Shown here: piece after piece, positions 54,411 through 63,520 of the stretch
Numbering within the stretch: position 1 is the stretch's first letter
How the letters are laid out: every line of letters begins with the position of its first letter
From: an uncultured Verrucomicrobiota bacterium
GTDB taxonomy: Bacteria > Verrucomicrobiota > Verrucomicrobiia > Limisphaerales > MWDV01
Direction: 5' to 3'
Assembly (NCBI GenBank): GCA_964548925.1
Contig: CAZJTM010000004.1
Span: 4,715 to 68,714, forward strand
DNA: 64,000 bases
Notes under the pieces: model-generated
The model's input: only the letters and a program-made list of their open reading frames with translations
What the model was told of the DNA's origin: nothing
Databases searched by the model: none
Translations under genes and position numbers: made by a program

Positions 54411-55517
54411 GTGCGCATCGTCAACGTCCCACTCGGCGACCGGAGCTACGAAATCCAGATCGCCTCCCGGTTGCTCACTCAACTCGGCTTGAAGTGTGCC
54501 AGGCTCAAACTCGGCCAGCGTTGCGCCATCGTCACCGATACCAACGTCGGCCGGCGCTTCGCGAAACCGGCGTATGAGTCCCTGGTGCGGGCCGGATTCA
54601 CTCCCGTGCTCGTCATCGTGCCGGCGGGAGAGAAAACCAAGAGCCTCAAGACGGTCCACGCCTGCTTTGACCAACTCGCGGCGCACCGGTTGGAACGCCA
54701 GTCGTTCATCGTGGCCCTGGGCGGCGGTGTGGTGGGCGACCTCGCGGGTTTTGTCGCCGCCACCTACCTGCGCGGCATTCCGTTCGTGCAAGTGCCGACA
54801 ACATTGCTGGCGCAGGTGGACAGCTCCGTTGGAGGGAAGGTGGGCGTCAACCTCAAAGCGGGCAAGAACCTCGTCGGCGCGTTCTACCAACCGAAGCTCG
54901 TGCTCTGCGACCTCGATACGCTGCGCACGCTCCCGGACCGAGAGTTTCGCGCCGGGCTCGCGGAGATCATTAAATACGGCATCATCTACGACGCGGCGCT
55001 GTTCGCGCGACTGGAACGCGACCTGCCGAAGCTCCTGAAGCGCGACGCGAAGACGCTGGCGGGCGTAATCGCCCGCTGCTGCGAGATTAAGGCGGAGGTC
55101 GTCGGGCAGGACGAAACGGAAAGCGGCTTGCGGGCGATCCTGAACTTCGGCCACACCCTCGGGCACGGCTTGGAAGCGATTTCCAGCTACGGCAAATACC
55201 TTCATGGCGAGGCGATCTCCATCGGGCAGGTTGCCGCCGCGCAACTTTCCGCGAAGGTGCTCGGCTTGCCCGCCGCAGAGGTTCGGCGCATCGCGTCACT
55301 GTTTGCCCGCGCGGGTCTCCCGACGACCGTCCGCCTGAATTTGCTTCAGCGCCGCCGCTTGTTCGCCGCCATGCGCCTCGACAAGAAGGTCAGCGGCGGC
55401 GAGATCAAGTTCGTGCTGGCCCGCAAGATTGGGACAGTCGAGTTCGGCTGCCGCGTGCCAGACGCGCTGGTCGGTGAGGCCCTCGATTCGATTTCAAACC
55501 AGGAATCTCAAATCTGA
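54411..55517 (+). CDS. aroB: 3-dehydroquinate synthase
   Basis: From the GTG at 54411 the protein reads VRIVNVPLGDRSYEIQI.. Motifs are GGGVVGDLAGFVAATYLRGIPFVQVPTTLLAQVDSSVGGKVGVN, NFGHTLGH and HGEAISIG. The upstream part of the listed ORF (53913-54410) overlaps the SDR gene on the other strand. Confidence 0.9.
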   Translation: MRIVNVPLGDRSYEIQIASRLLTQLGLKCARLKLGQRCAIVTDTNVGRRFAKPAYESLVRAGFTPVLVIVPAGEKTKSLKTVHACFDQLAAHRLERQSFIVALGGGVVGDLAGFVAATYLRGIPFVQVPTTLLAQVDSSVGGKVGVNLKAGKNLVGAFYQPKLVLCDLDTLRTLPDREFRAGLAEIIKYGIIYDAALFARLERDLPKLLKRDAKTLAGVIARCCEIKAEVVGQDETESGLRAILNFGHTLGHGLEAISSYGKYLHGEAISIGQVAAAQLSAKVLGLPAAEVRRIASLFARAGLPTTVRLNLLQRRRLFAAMRLDKKVSGGEIKFVLARKIGTVEFGCRVPDALVGEALDSISNQESQI

Positions 55518-55524
55518 TAATCTC

Positions 55525-56139
55525 ATGGCCGCGGTCAGCGAAACCATTGTGCGCGAGTATTTCGAGCTGCACGAGTTTCTCATCCGGCAGCACCGCAAAT
55601 ACATCGCCCCCACCAAACGCGAGGATGACGACATTGACTTCTTCGTCCTGAATCCTCAGCCCCAACCGCTCGCGGGTGAGCGCCCGTTCGTGTTGACGTC
55701 GCCGGACCTGAAGTTCATCCAGCGCGCCGTCGTGGTGGTCAAGGGTTACCACACGGAGACGTTCAGCCCGGCGCGGCTGGCGAACGCGCCGGAGATTCTG
55801 CGTTTCGTCGAGCCCAAAGTCTTCCTACAGGCCGTGAAGGCGTTCGGGCAGGACGGCACGCCGCTGAAGATTCTGGTCGTGCCGGCGCTGCCACAGATGG
55901 AGCAGACGCGCAGCGAGACCATCGCTTTCCTGCGTTCCAAAGGCGTGGATGCCGTACTGCCCTTTCGCACGATGCTCGCGGACCTCGTGGACAAGATCGA
56001 GGCGAACCGCAACTACCAGAAGTCCGACCTGCTCCAGATGATCCGCATCCTGAAGAACTACGATTTCTTCCGCGAACCGCAGATGGAACTCTTCAAGACG
56101 AAGCGGCGATCCAAGCGGCCAACCCCAGCGGCAACGTAA
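55525..56139 (+). CDS. Hypothetical protein (204 aa), no family recognised
   Basis: The ATG at 55525 lies 5 nt after the aroB stop. The protein reads MAAVSETIVREYFELHEFLIRQHRKYIAP..DDDIDFFVLNP..RAVVVVKGYHTE.. Composition is protein-like and third-position G/C bias is good. Confidence 0.6.
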   Translation: MAAVSETIVREYFELHEFLIRQHRKYIAPTKREDDDIDFFVLNPQPQPLAGERPFVLTSPDLKFIQRAVVVVKGYHTETFSPARLANAPEILRFVEPKVFLQAVKAFGQDGTPLKILVVPALPQMEQTRSETIAFLRSKGVDAVLPFRTMLADLVDKIEANRNYQKSDLLQMIRILKNYDFFREPQMELFKTKRRSKRPTPAAT

Positions 56140-56171
56140 GGTCTGCGGCCCGGAAGCATCGTCGAACTGCT

Positions 56172-57662
56172 TCAGTTCTCCGGCTCGGCGCGGCTGCCGA
56201 CGATCCCGTGATGCAACCGCGTCCGGAGCTTCTGCCCGGGCCGCACATCGCGGGCGTGTCGCAGAATCTCGCCAGTGGCGGCATCCATCGTGATCGAGTA
56301 ACCGCGCCCCAGCACTTGCTCCGGCCCGAGAAGGCGGAGACGCGCCGCGACCGTGGCCAGCCGGTTGCGCGCATCATGCAAGCCCAATCGCGCGGCCTCA
56401 CGCAACGCCCGCCGCTGTTGCCGCAACAACTCCCGTTGCTGCCGGATATGGAGTGCCGGTCGCGCTTGGACCAACCGCTGCAGCAAGTGTTGGCAGGCGA
56501 CACGGCCATCGCGCACCCGCTGCTTCGTGATGCGCAACAGCCCGGCGTGTAGGTCGTCGAGCCGCTGCGCCCATTCGTTCAGGCGGCGCCGCGGGTGGGC
56601 ACGACCCAAGCGCTCGACCAGACTTCGAACCTCCTCCGACTCGCTTTCGAGCCGCTGCCGGACTCGTTGTGACATCCGTGCGGGCGCGTCCGCCACAAAT
56701 TCGCGGCTGGCAAAGACATCCTCCGTGATGATCTCCGCCGCCGCACTGGGCGTCGCGGCGCGCACGTCCGCCACGAAATCGCTGATGGTGAAGTCAATCT
56801 CATGGCCCACAGCGGAAACCACCGGCAATGCGGACTCGAAGATGGCGCGGGCCACGATTTCCTCGTTGAAGGCCCAGAGGTCTTCCGGACTGCCACCGCC
56901 GCGGGTGACGAGAATCAAATCAATCTCCGTAGCAGCCGACGTGCGTCGGCTCCGAATTTCGCTCCCACTCTCACCGACAAACCTCGCAGCTTCACATGGA
57001 GCGGACTCACGTCCGCTGCTACGAGCATTGAATGCATTCAGCAACCGGATCGCCGCCGCGATTTCCGCCGCCGCCCCTTCGCCTTGCACACGACACGAAG
57101 CAAGAACGATTTCCAGCGCCGGGTTCCGTCGCCGGACCACGTGCAACACATCGCGAATCGCGGCGCCGGTGGGCGAGGTCACGACGCCGATGCAACGGGG
57201 AAAACGCGGCAGGGGTCGTTTCCGCTCCGGCGCGAACAACCCCTCCGCTGCGAGCCTCTGTTTCAGTTTCTCGAAGGCAATCTGGAGCGCGCCCAAGCCC
57301 TGCATTTCCACGGCGCGCACGATGAGTTGGTATTGACCCCGTGCCTCATACACCGTCACGTCGCCATGCAGGATCACCTTCTGGCCGTCCTGCAGGGCCT
57401 CGCGCGCGCCCGCCGCCACGCCACTGCCGCGAAACAACACGCAACCGAGTTGCGCCCCGGAATCTTTGAGCGTGAAGTAAATATGCCCGGAGGCTTGCGC
57501 CCGCAGATTCGTGATCTCGCCACTGACCCAAACCTGCCCCACCTGCTGTTCGAGCAACCGCTTGACCCGCGTGGTGAGTTCGCTGACCGAGAACACGCGC
57601 CGCGTCTCCTCGGGGGAGAACAATTCGCCGAAGTCCCATTGAGATTTTGCCGGCCGCGCCAC
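56172..57662 (-). CDS. xseA: Exodeoxyribonuclease VII large subunit
   Basis: Motifs are FSVSELTTRVKRLLE..VWVSGEITNLR..SGHIYFTLKD, GVVTSPTGAAIRD, LILVTRGGGSPEDLWAFNEE and PVVSAVGHEIDFTISDFVAD. The preferred start is the GTG at 57662, 4 nt after the upstream gene's stop. The listed start at 57773 would overlap that gene by about 100 nt. Confidence 0.85.
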   Translation of the reverse strand: MARPAKSQWDFGELFSPEETRRVFSVSELTTRVKRLLEQQVGQVWVSGEITNLRAQASGHIYFTLKDSGAQLGCVLFRGSGVAAGAREALQDGQKVILHGDVTVYEARGQYQLIVRAVEMQGLGALQIAFEKLKQRLAAEGLFAPERKRPLPRFPRCIGVVTSPTGAAIRDVLHVVRRRNPALEIVLASCRVQGEGAAAEIAAAIRLLNAFNARSSGRESAPCEAARFVGESGSEIRSRRTSAATEIDLILVTRGGGSPEDLWAFNEEIVARAIFESALPVVSAVGHEIDFTISDFVADVRAATPSAAAEIITEDVFASREFVADAPARMSQRVRQRLESESEEVRSLVERLGRAHPRRRLNEWAQRLDDLHAGLLRITKQRVRDGRVACQHLLQRLVQARPALHIRQQRELLRQQRRALREAARLGLHDARNRLATVAARLRLLGPEQVLGRGYSITMDAATGEILRHARDVRPGQKLRTRLHHGIVGSRAEPEN

Positions 57663-57666
57663 GGTG

Positions 57667-58470
57667 CTACGCCAATGCTTCCGAGACTCGCTGAATCCGG
57701 ACCGCCCGCCCCGTGGCCTCGTCCACTTCCACGATGGCACCATGCAGCAGAATCCGATTGCGCGCGACCTCAAACCGCTGCGGCAGGTTCGTTACGAAGC
57801 GTTTGATGATGGGTTCGAGCTCGCGGCCCAACACGCCTTCGTGCGGCCCGGTAAAACCGGCGTCGCTCAGATACGCGGTGCCGCCGGGGAAGATCTGCTC
57901 GTCGGCGGTCTGGACGTGGGTGTGCGTGCCGATGACGGCGCTGACCTTGCCATCCAGCATCCGGGCAAAGGCGATCTTCTCGGACGTGGCTTCAGCATGG
58001 AAATCCACGAAGATGATCTTCGTCTGCTCGCGCAGGCGCTCGATCTCCGGCGGCGCGACGAGGAACGGGTTCTCAATCGCCGGCATGAAGGTGCGGCCCT
58101 GGGCGTTGAGCACCGCCACGGAAACGGGGCTCCGCACAACCGACGGCGGATGGCGGACTTCAAAGACCCCGCTCCCCTGCCCTACGGTGCCGGGCGGATA
58201 ATTCAGCGGACGCAGCACCCGCGGCTCGCACAGCAACAACTCCATCACCTCTTTCTGATCCCAGACGTGATCGCCACTGGTGATGACATCCACGCCGGCG
58301 GCAAAAATCTCGCCGGCCGTTTTGGGGGTAATGCCGCTGCCGCCTGCGGAGTTCTCGCCGTTGGCGATGACGAAATCCAGCGCGTGCGTTTCGCGAAGCT
58401 GGGGCAACAGGGTCTTCACCGCCCTGCGTCCGGGTTCGCCCACAATGTCGCCGATGAAAAGCAGTTTCAC
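57667..58470 (-). CDS. ymdB: YmdB-like metallophosphoesterase (TIGR00282 family)
   Basis: From the GTG at 58470 the protein reads VKLLFIGDIVGEPGRRAV...DFVIANGENSAGG.GIT...GVDVITSGDHVWD...DFHAEATSEK...GTHTHVQTADE. These are the canonical metal-binding motifs. Confidence 0.85.
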   Translation of the reverse strand: MKLLFIGDIVGEPGRRAVKTLLPQLRETHALDFVIANGENSAGGSGITPKTAGEIFAAGVDVITSGDHVWDQKEVMELLLCEPRVLRPLNYPPGTVGQGSGVFEVRHPPSVVRSPVSVAVLNAQGRTFMPAIENPFLVAPPEIERLREQTKIIFVDFHAEATSEKIAFARMLDGKVSAVIGTHTHVQTADEQIFPGGTAYLSDAGFTGPHEGVLGRELEPIIKRFVTNLPQRFEVARNRILLHGAIVEVDEATGRAVRIQRVSEALA

Positions 58471-58581
58471 GCGGCAAGAGTATCCACAACGGCACGCGAA
58501 GGAACACGAAAAACCAAGTGCTGGGAACACGCCCCGCGACCGTCGTTGTCAGATCCCGCTGCGGACGCAGGAGGCAACTTG

Positions 58582-58968
58582 CTACCAGATGATGCGCACC
58601 GGATACGCTCGAAACTCAGGGTCCGCAGTCACGATCTCCCAATCCTCTTGTCGGGTTTGCGCAATCAAAAGACGATCAAACGGGTCTTTGTGATACGGCG
58701 GCAGGTCCACCAACGCAATGGTGTGAGCCAGTTGAACCGGCAGGATTTGCAGCATGTTGGCCGCCTATTGACTGGCGATGGTTTCCGCCAGTGAGCGACG
58801 CAAACGCAACTTGCCCAGGCCGATCTTGATCTGCATTTCCCAAGCGCTGGCCACACTCAACCAAAGCACGTTGCCAGTGTCGGCGCACGCGTGTCGGGCT
58901 GCAGGAGAAAGTTTGGCCGGATCGCTGTCCAGCCAGAGAAACACCTGCGTATCGAGCAGCAGGTTCAT
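58582..58968 (-). pseudogene. vapC: PIN-domain VapC toxin gene interrupted by an in-frame TAG
   Basis: The listed ORF 58765..58968 (MNLLLDTQVFLWL...SAWEMQIKIGLGKL..TIASQ) stops at a TAG (58765-58767). My translation of the same frame continues AANMLQILPVQLAHTIALVDLPPYHKDPFDRLLIAQTRQEDWEIVTADPEFRAYPVRIIW, then TAG at 58582-58584. That segment is the missing C-terminal half of a PIN domain. Confidence 0.8.
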
Positions 58969-59216
58969 TTGGCCCGGTCATTGAGCCAAAAGGCGTCCGG
59001 CAGCGGCGCGTTAAAATCGTCGCTCATCCATACTTCGCCCGCGTGCAACCCGAAGTGACGTGGCCCGGCTGCCGCGGGAACTGGCACGGGCACGAGGCGG
59101 GTCTTGCCCTGCCGCGGATCCTGAATGAACACCTCGTGACCGGCATGCGCCAATTCAAGAAGCTGAGGAAGCTTCTCCCGCGCCTCGGAGATCGTCAACG
59201 TCGTGCTCACGGCCAC
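58965..59216 (-). CDS. Type II antitoxin (Phd/YefM-like N-terminus)
   Basis: 83 aa with a GTG start: (M)AVSTTLTISEAREKLPQLLELAHAGHEVFI... Its stop overlaps the vapC start by 4 nt (58965-58968), the usual toxin-antitoxin arrangement. Confidence 0.75.
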   Translation of the reverse strand: MAVSTTLTISEAREKLPQLLELAHAGHEVFIQDPRQGKTRLVPVPVPAAAGPRHFGLHAGEVWMSDDFNAPLPDAFWLNDRAK

Positions 59217-59410
59217 AAGCTAAAGGCCGGGAGGACCCGAGGCAAACGAAAGTTCTGCCGGGACCAAACGCCTCGCCGCTCACTGTTCCTCGCCCACGGC
59301 ATCGCTGCCACGAAGCCCTGCATCAGGACAGAGGTCACTGTCAACCAGCGACAGACCTGGACGAACGGAAAAGCCTTTCTCCGCCAGCGCCCCATCTCTA
59401 CCCTGCGACT

Positions 59411-60568
59411 GTGACCGTCAAACCTGGCGACAAACCAACATTACGGATAGACGACATCGCCTTCGGCGGCGAAGGCGTGGGGCGCGTCGAGGACTTCGTC
59501 GTGTTCGTGCCATTCGTGATCGTGGGCGAGACGGTCGAGGTCGAGGTGACGGAGGTGAAGAAGAATTTCGCGCGGGCGAAGTTGCTCCGCGTCGTCGAAG
59601 CCTCGCCCGAGCGCGTGGAACCCGCCTGCAAACACTTCGGCGCGTGCGGCGGCTGCCAGTATCAACACCTCGCCTACGAAGCGCAGCTTCGCGTGAAGCG
59701 AAAGCAGGTGGCGGATTTGTTCGAGCGGATCGGCGGGTTTTCGCCGGAGATTGTGGCGCCGGTGATCCCCTGCCCTGCCCCGTATGGCTATCGCAACCGG
59801 ATCATGATCCGCAGCCAATGGAACAAACCGGAGCAACGGCTGAACATCGGTTTCGTGCGCTGGGATTGCGGGCTGGTGGAGGACGTCTTCGAGTGCAAGA
59901 TCGCCGAGCCGGCGCTCAACGAGCAGATCCGTCATGTCCGGACGCATCCGCCTCCCCGAGGCGGGCTCAAGGTGGTGCTGCGCATCCCGCCGGACGGTTG
60001 GGAGGTGCCGCCGGATTCGTTCTTCCAGAACAACTTCTTCCTCCTGCCCAAGCTGGTGGAGGTCATCCACGAAACCCTGCGCGAGGCGGGCACGCGGCAT
60101 CTGGTGGACCTGTATTGCGGCGTGGGCTTCTTTGGGATCGAACTGGCGAAGGCGGTGGAGGCCTTCGTGGGCGTGGAATACGACGCTCAAGCCATCAGGG
60201 CGGCGCGGAAGAATGCGGCGTTGCATGGGGTGACCAACGGGCAATTCATCGGTGGCCGGGTGGAAGAGGTGCTGCCCGATTTGCTGTCCCAGCTCTCGCC
60301 CGACGGCACGGCCATCCTGCTGGATCCGCCGCGCAAGGGCATTGCGAAAGCGAACTTGACCCATCTGCGCGAACTCCGGCCCGCGCAGATCATCTACGTC
60401 TCCTGTCACCCCGCCACGATGGCGCGGGACTTGAACGTTTTGTGCGAGGGCGGTGTCTTTGAACTGAAGCGGGTGACGCCGCTGGATATGTTTCCCCAAA
60501 CTCAACACGTCGAATGCGTGGCGGCCCTGTGCCGAGCGCCCGCGGGGACCGCTGCGGCGCAAACATGA
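59411..60568 (+). CDS. rlmD: 23S rRNA (uracil-C5)-methyltransferase, RlmD/RumA family (TRAM + Fe-S Cys cluster + SAM methyltransferase)
   Basis: The TRAM-like N-terminus is IDDIAFGGEGVGRVEDFVVFVPFVIVGETVEVEV. The Cys motif is CKHFGACGGCQYQH. The SAM motif is VDLYCGVGFFGI. The C-terminal region is DPPRKG...YVSCHPATMARD...DMFPQTQHVE. GTG start. Confidence 0.8.
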   Translation: MTVKPGDKPTLRIDDIAFGGEGVGRVEDFVVFVPFVIVGETVEVEVTEVKKNFARAKLLRVVEASPERVEPACKHFGACGGCQYQHLAYEAQLRVKRKQVADLFERIGGFSPEIVAPVIPCPAPYGYRNRIMIRSQWNKPEQRLNIGFVRWDCGLVEDVFECKIAEPALNEQIRHVRTHPPPRGGLKVVLRIPPDGWEVPPDSFFQNNFFLLPKLVEVIHETLREAGTRHLVDLYCGVGFFGIELAKAVEAFVGVEYDAQAIRAARKNAALHGVTNGQFIGGRVEEVLPDLLSQLSPDGTAILLDPPRKGIAKANLTHLRELRPAQIIYVSCHPATMARDLNVLCEGGVFELKRVTPLDMFPQTQHVECVAALCRAPAGTAAAQT

Positions 60569-63510
60569 CTTGCCAACGCGCCGGGCGTTCGGCCAACCTT
60601 GAGCACCGAATGACGACCGACTTCGAAGTGCCGCCGGAGAAGCGATTCGTTCCGGCCCTGTTGCCTTGGGTGGTGGCCGCCGCCGGGCTGGTCTTTTACG
60701 TCATCACCCTGAGCCACTGGATCACGAGCACCAGCTTGCTCCCGGTGGCGCGCGTGGCCGGTTATCAGTGGCAGCCCGTCTTGGCGAATCCGGCCTACTT
60801 TCTGTTCACCCTGCCCCTCAAGGCGCTTCCGTCCGCCTGGCTGCCATTGGGGCTGAATCTGCTCTCCGCGGTTTTTGCGGCCGGGGCGCTGGGACTGCTG
60901 GCGCGGGCGGTGGCCCTGCTGCCCCACGACCGCACCCATCCGCAGCGCGAGTTGGAGAAGAGCGATTACTCGCTGCTGACGATTCGGGTGGCGTGGCTGC
61001 CCGTGGTGTTCGCGGTGCTGATCTGCGCGCTCCAGATGGCTTTCTGGGAACGGGCGACCGCCGGCGGCCCCGAGATGTTGTGCGTGCTGTTGTTCGCCTA
61101 TGTCGTCCGGTGTCTGCTGGAGTATCGCCGGGACGCGCGGGAGTCCTGGCTGCTGAAGGCGGCGTTCGTTTACGCGCTGGGCATGACCGAGAACTGGCTG
61201 CTGATTCTGCTCTTGCCCGGATTCCTGGTGTCGCTGGTCTGGGTCATGGGGTGGGGCTTCTTCAACGCGCGTTTCCTGACTCGGGCGTGGTTGCTGGGGT
61301 TGGCGGGGCTGAGCTTCTATTTCCTGCTGCCGGCGCTGGCGATGTTCAGCCCGGACTACCCCCTGCCGTTTTGGTCCACCCTCAAGCTCGTGCTGGCGGA
61401 GCAAAAGAGCATGATCGTCCTGCATTGGCGAGCCGCCCAAGAACGGCTGGCCTTGGCCGCGCTGCCCTCCCTGCTGCCGATGGTCATCATCGGGCTGAGG
61501 TTTCCTTCGCACTTCGGCGACAACAGCCGGCTGGGCGCCACCTTGGCGAAATTCTGCATTCACACGCTGCACGCGGCGCTGCTCGTGTTCTGCGCCTGGG
61601 TGACGCTGGACCCACCCTTCAGCGCCAGCCGGTTGGGGCTCGGACCGCAGTTCCTGCCGTTGCAGATTCTCTCCGCGCTTGGAGCCGGCTACTTCAGCGG
61701 CTACTTCCTGCTGCTCTTTGGCGAGCGCGCCAAGGCCCGCGGTCAGTATCGCGATCTCATTTGGAGATTTGATTGCATGGTCGTCACCGCCGTCTGGGCG
61801 TTGGCCATTGTCACGGTCGCGGCCTTGGTGTACCGCAACTGGCCCATCAACCGGGCCGCCAAGGGACACCTCCTGCGCGACTACGCCAGATTGTTGACCC
61901 AGAAATTGCCGGCCAAGCCCGCCGTCCTGCTCAGCGACGACACCCGCCGGCTCTGGCTCGCCCAAGCCGCACTCGCGGAGCAGCCGGGCGCTCCCAAGCA
62001 CATCGCGGTGGATACTCGATTGCTGAAGGTGCCCAGCTACCACCGCACGCTCCATCGGCAGTCCGACGGTAGCTGGCCGCTGCCGCCGACCAACCATCTG
62101 GCCGAGATGGACGACATACTGTTGATTGACATCGTGCTCAGGCAGGCCGCCCAGCGGGACGTGTTCTATTTACATCCGAGTTTTGGTTATTACTTCGAGT
62201 TCTTGCACCTCGTGCCCGAGGGCGTGGTTTACCGACTCGCCCAGTATTCCACGAACGACTTGTTCGCTCCGCCGTTGCCCGCGCCCGTCGTGGAGCAGAA
62301 CACGCAGTTCTGGGAACGCATTGCGGCGGAGCAGTTGCCCAAACTCTTGGGGCAACTTCCACCCCGTGAAGACCCGAAGCCCACCAATTGGGTCCAACGG
62401 GCTTTCGCTGCCGCGCGCGTGAAACCAGGTTACAGTCTGGATGCCTTCACCTTCGCCACCAGCCTGTCGCGCGCGGCCAACTATTGGGGCGTTGAACTGC
62501 AGCGGATGAACCGGCTGCCCGAGGCGGGCCGGATCTTCGCGTTGGCGGAACAGCTCAACCCCGGTAACGTCGTGGCTCATGTGAACCGCCAGTTCAACGA
62601 GAACCTCCAGGCGGGCAGCGAGGCCACCGTCAATATCACCCAGTCCATCGAAGACCAATTCGGCGGCTATCGAAGCTGGGATCAAGTCATCGGTGAGAAC
62701 GGTCCTTTCGACGAGCCAACCTTCTGCTATGAGCAAGGCCGGGTGTTCGCTCAATCCTCGCTCTACCGCCAGGCCCTCGCCCAACTTGAGCGCGCCCGCA
62801 CCTTGGCGCCGACGGATCCATCGTCCCGCCTCTGGCTCGGAAACCTCTATCTGTTCGCCCGGTTCCCAGGGCGCGCCCTGGCCGTGGCAGAGGAAGTACG
62901 GCAACAGCCGCAACGTTTTGCCCTCACCCAGACCAATCATGTGGAATTCCTGACCCTGGAAGCGTCGGCCCGGTTCGCCTTGAACGACTCGCCCGCGGCG
63001 GAGAGCCTGCTGCAGAACGCCATCAGCCGCGAGCCGACGAATTACTTTCTGCTTGCCAGCGGCGCGCAGGTTTATCTGCGCCACGGCCGTCTGACCAACG
63101 CGCTGGACTGGTTAAACCGGCAGCTCCGCCTCCGCCCCGGCGACACGAACGCGCTCATGAGCAAGGGTTACGTTTGCCTCCAAATGGGGGTGTATGCCGA
63201 GGCCATTCCCGCGCTGACCCGGTTGTTGAGCCTGCAGCCGGCGAATCAATACGCCCTCTTGAACCGCGCGATCGCCCACCTGCAATCCGATCAGTTGGAC
63301 GCCGCGCAGGCGGACTACCAGTCACTCCATCAGCAACTCACCAACGCCTGGCAGGTCCACTTCGGACTTGGGGAGATCGCCTGGCGGCGCAAGGCCACCA
63401 ATGACGCCCTGCGCTACTACACGCTCTATCTGAGCAACGCGCCGTCCCATACCGCCGAGGCAAAGATGGTCGGTGAGCGCCTGCGTCAGTTGCAGCCCGC
63501 CGCGCCATAG
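60565..63510 (+). CDS. DUF2723-type polytopic membrane protein (glycosyltransferase-C-fold-like) with C-terminal TPR repeats
   Basis: About a dozen hydrophobic helices occupy the first ~480 aa (..LLPWVVAAAGLVFYVITLSHW.., ..WLLILLLPGFLVSLVWVMGW..). TPR-like helices follow at the C-terminus (..ALAQLERARTLAPTD.., ..AIPALTRLLSLQPANQYALLNRAIAHL..). The ATG at 60565 overlaps the rlmD-like stop (ATGA). An alternative ATG lies at 60610. Confidence 0.75.
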   Translation: MTCQRAGRSANLEHRMTTDFEVPPEKRFVPALLPWVVAAAGLVFYVITLSHWITSTSLLPVARVAGYQWQPVLANPAYFLFTLPLKALPSAWLPLGLNLLSAVFAAGALGLLARAVALLPHDRTHPQRELEKSDYSLLTIRVAWLPVVFAVLICALQMAFWERATAGGPEMLCVLLFAYVVRCLLEYRRDARESWLLKAAFVYALGMTENWLLILLLPGFLVSLVWVMGWGFFNARFLTRAWLLGLAGLSFYFLLPALAMFSPDYPLPFWSTLKLVLAEQKSMIVLHWRAAQERLALAALPSLLPMVIIGLRFPSHFGDNSRLGATLAKFCIHTLHAALLVFCAWVTLDPPFSASRLGLGPQFLPLQILSALGAGYFSGYFLLLFGERAKARGQYRDLIWRFDCMVVTAVWALAIVTVAALVYRNWPINRAAKGHLLRDYARLLTQKLPAKPAVLLSDDTRRLWLAQAALAEQPGAPKHIAVDTRLLKVPSYHRTLHRQSDGSWPLPPTNHLAEMDDILLIDIVLRQAAQRDVFYLHPSFGYYFEFLHLVPEGVVYRLAQYSTNDLFAPPLPAPVVEQNTQFWERIAAEQLPKLLGQLPPREDPKPTNWVQRAFAAARVKPGYSLDAFTFATSLSRAANYWGVELQRMNRLPEAGRIFALAEQLNPGNVVAHVNRQFNENLQAGSEATVNITQSIEDQFGGYRSWDQVIGENGPFDEPTFCYEQGRVFAQSSLYRQALAQLERARTLAPTDPSSRLWLGNLYLFARFPGRALAVAEEVRQQPQRFALTQTNHVEFLTLEASARFALNDSPAAESLLQNAISREPTNYFLLASGAQVYLRHGRLTNALDWLNRQLRLRPGDTNALMSKGYVCLQMGVYAEAIPALTRLLSLQPANQYALLNRAIAHLQSDQLDAAQADYQSLHQQLTNAWQVHFGLGEIAWRRKATNDALRYYTLYLSNAPSHTAEAKMVGERLRQLQPAAP

Positions 63511-63520
63511 CGGGGACGCC

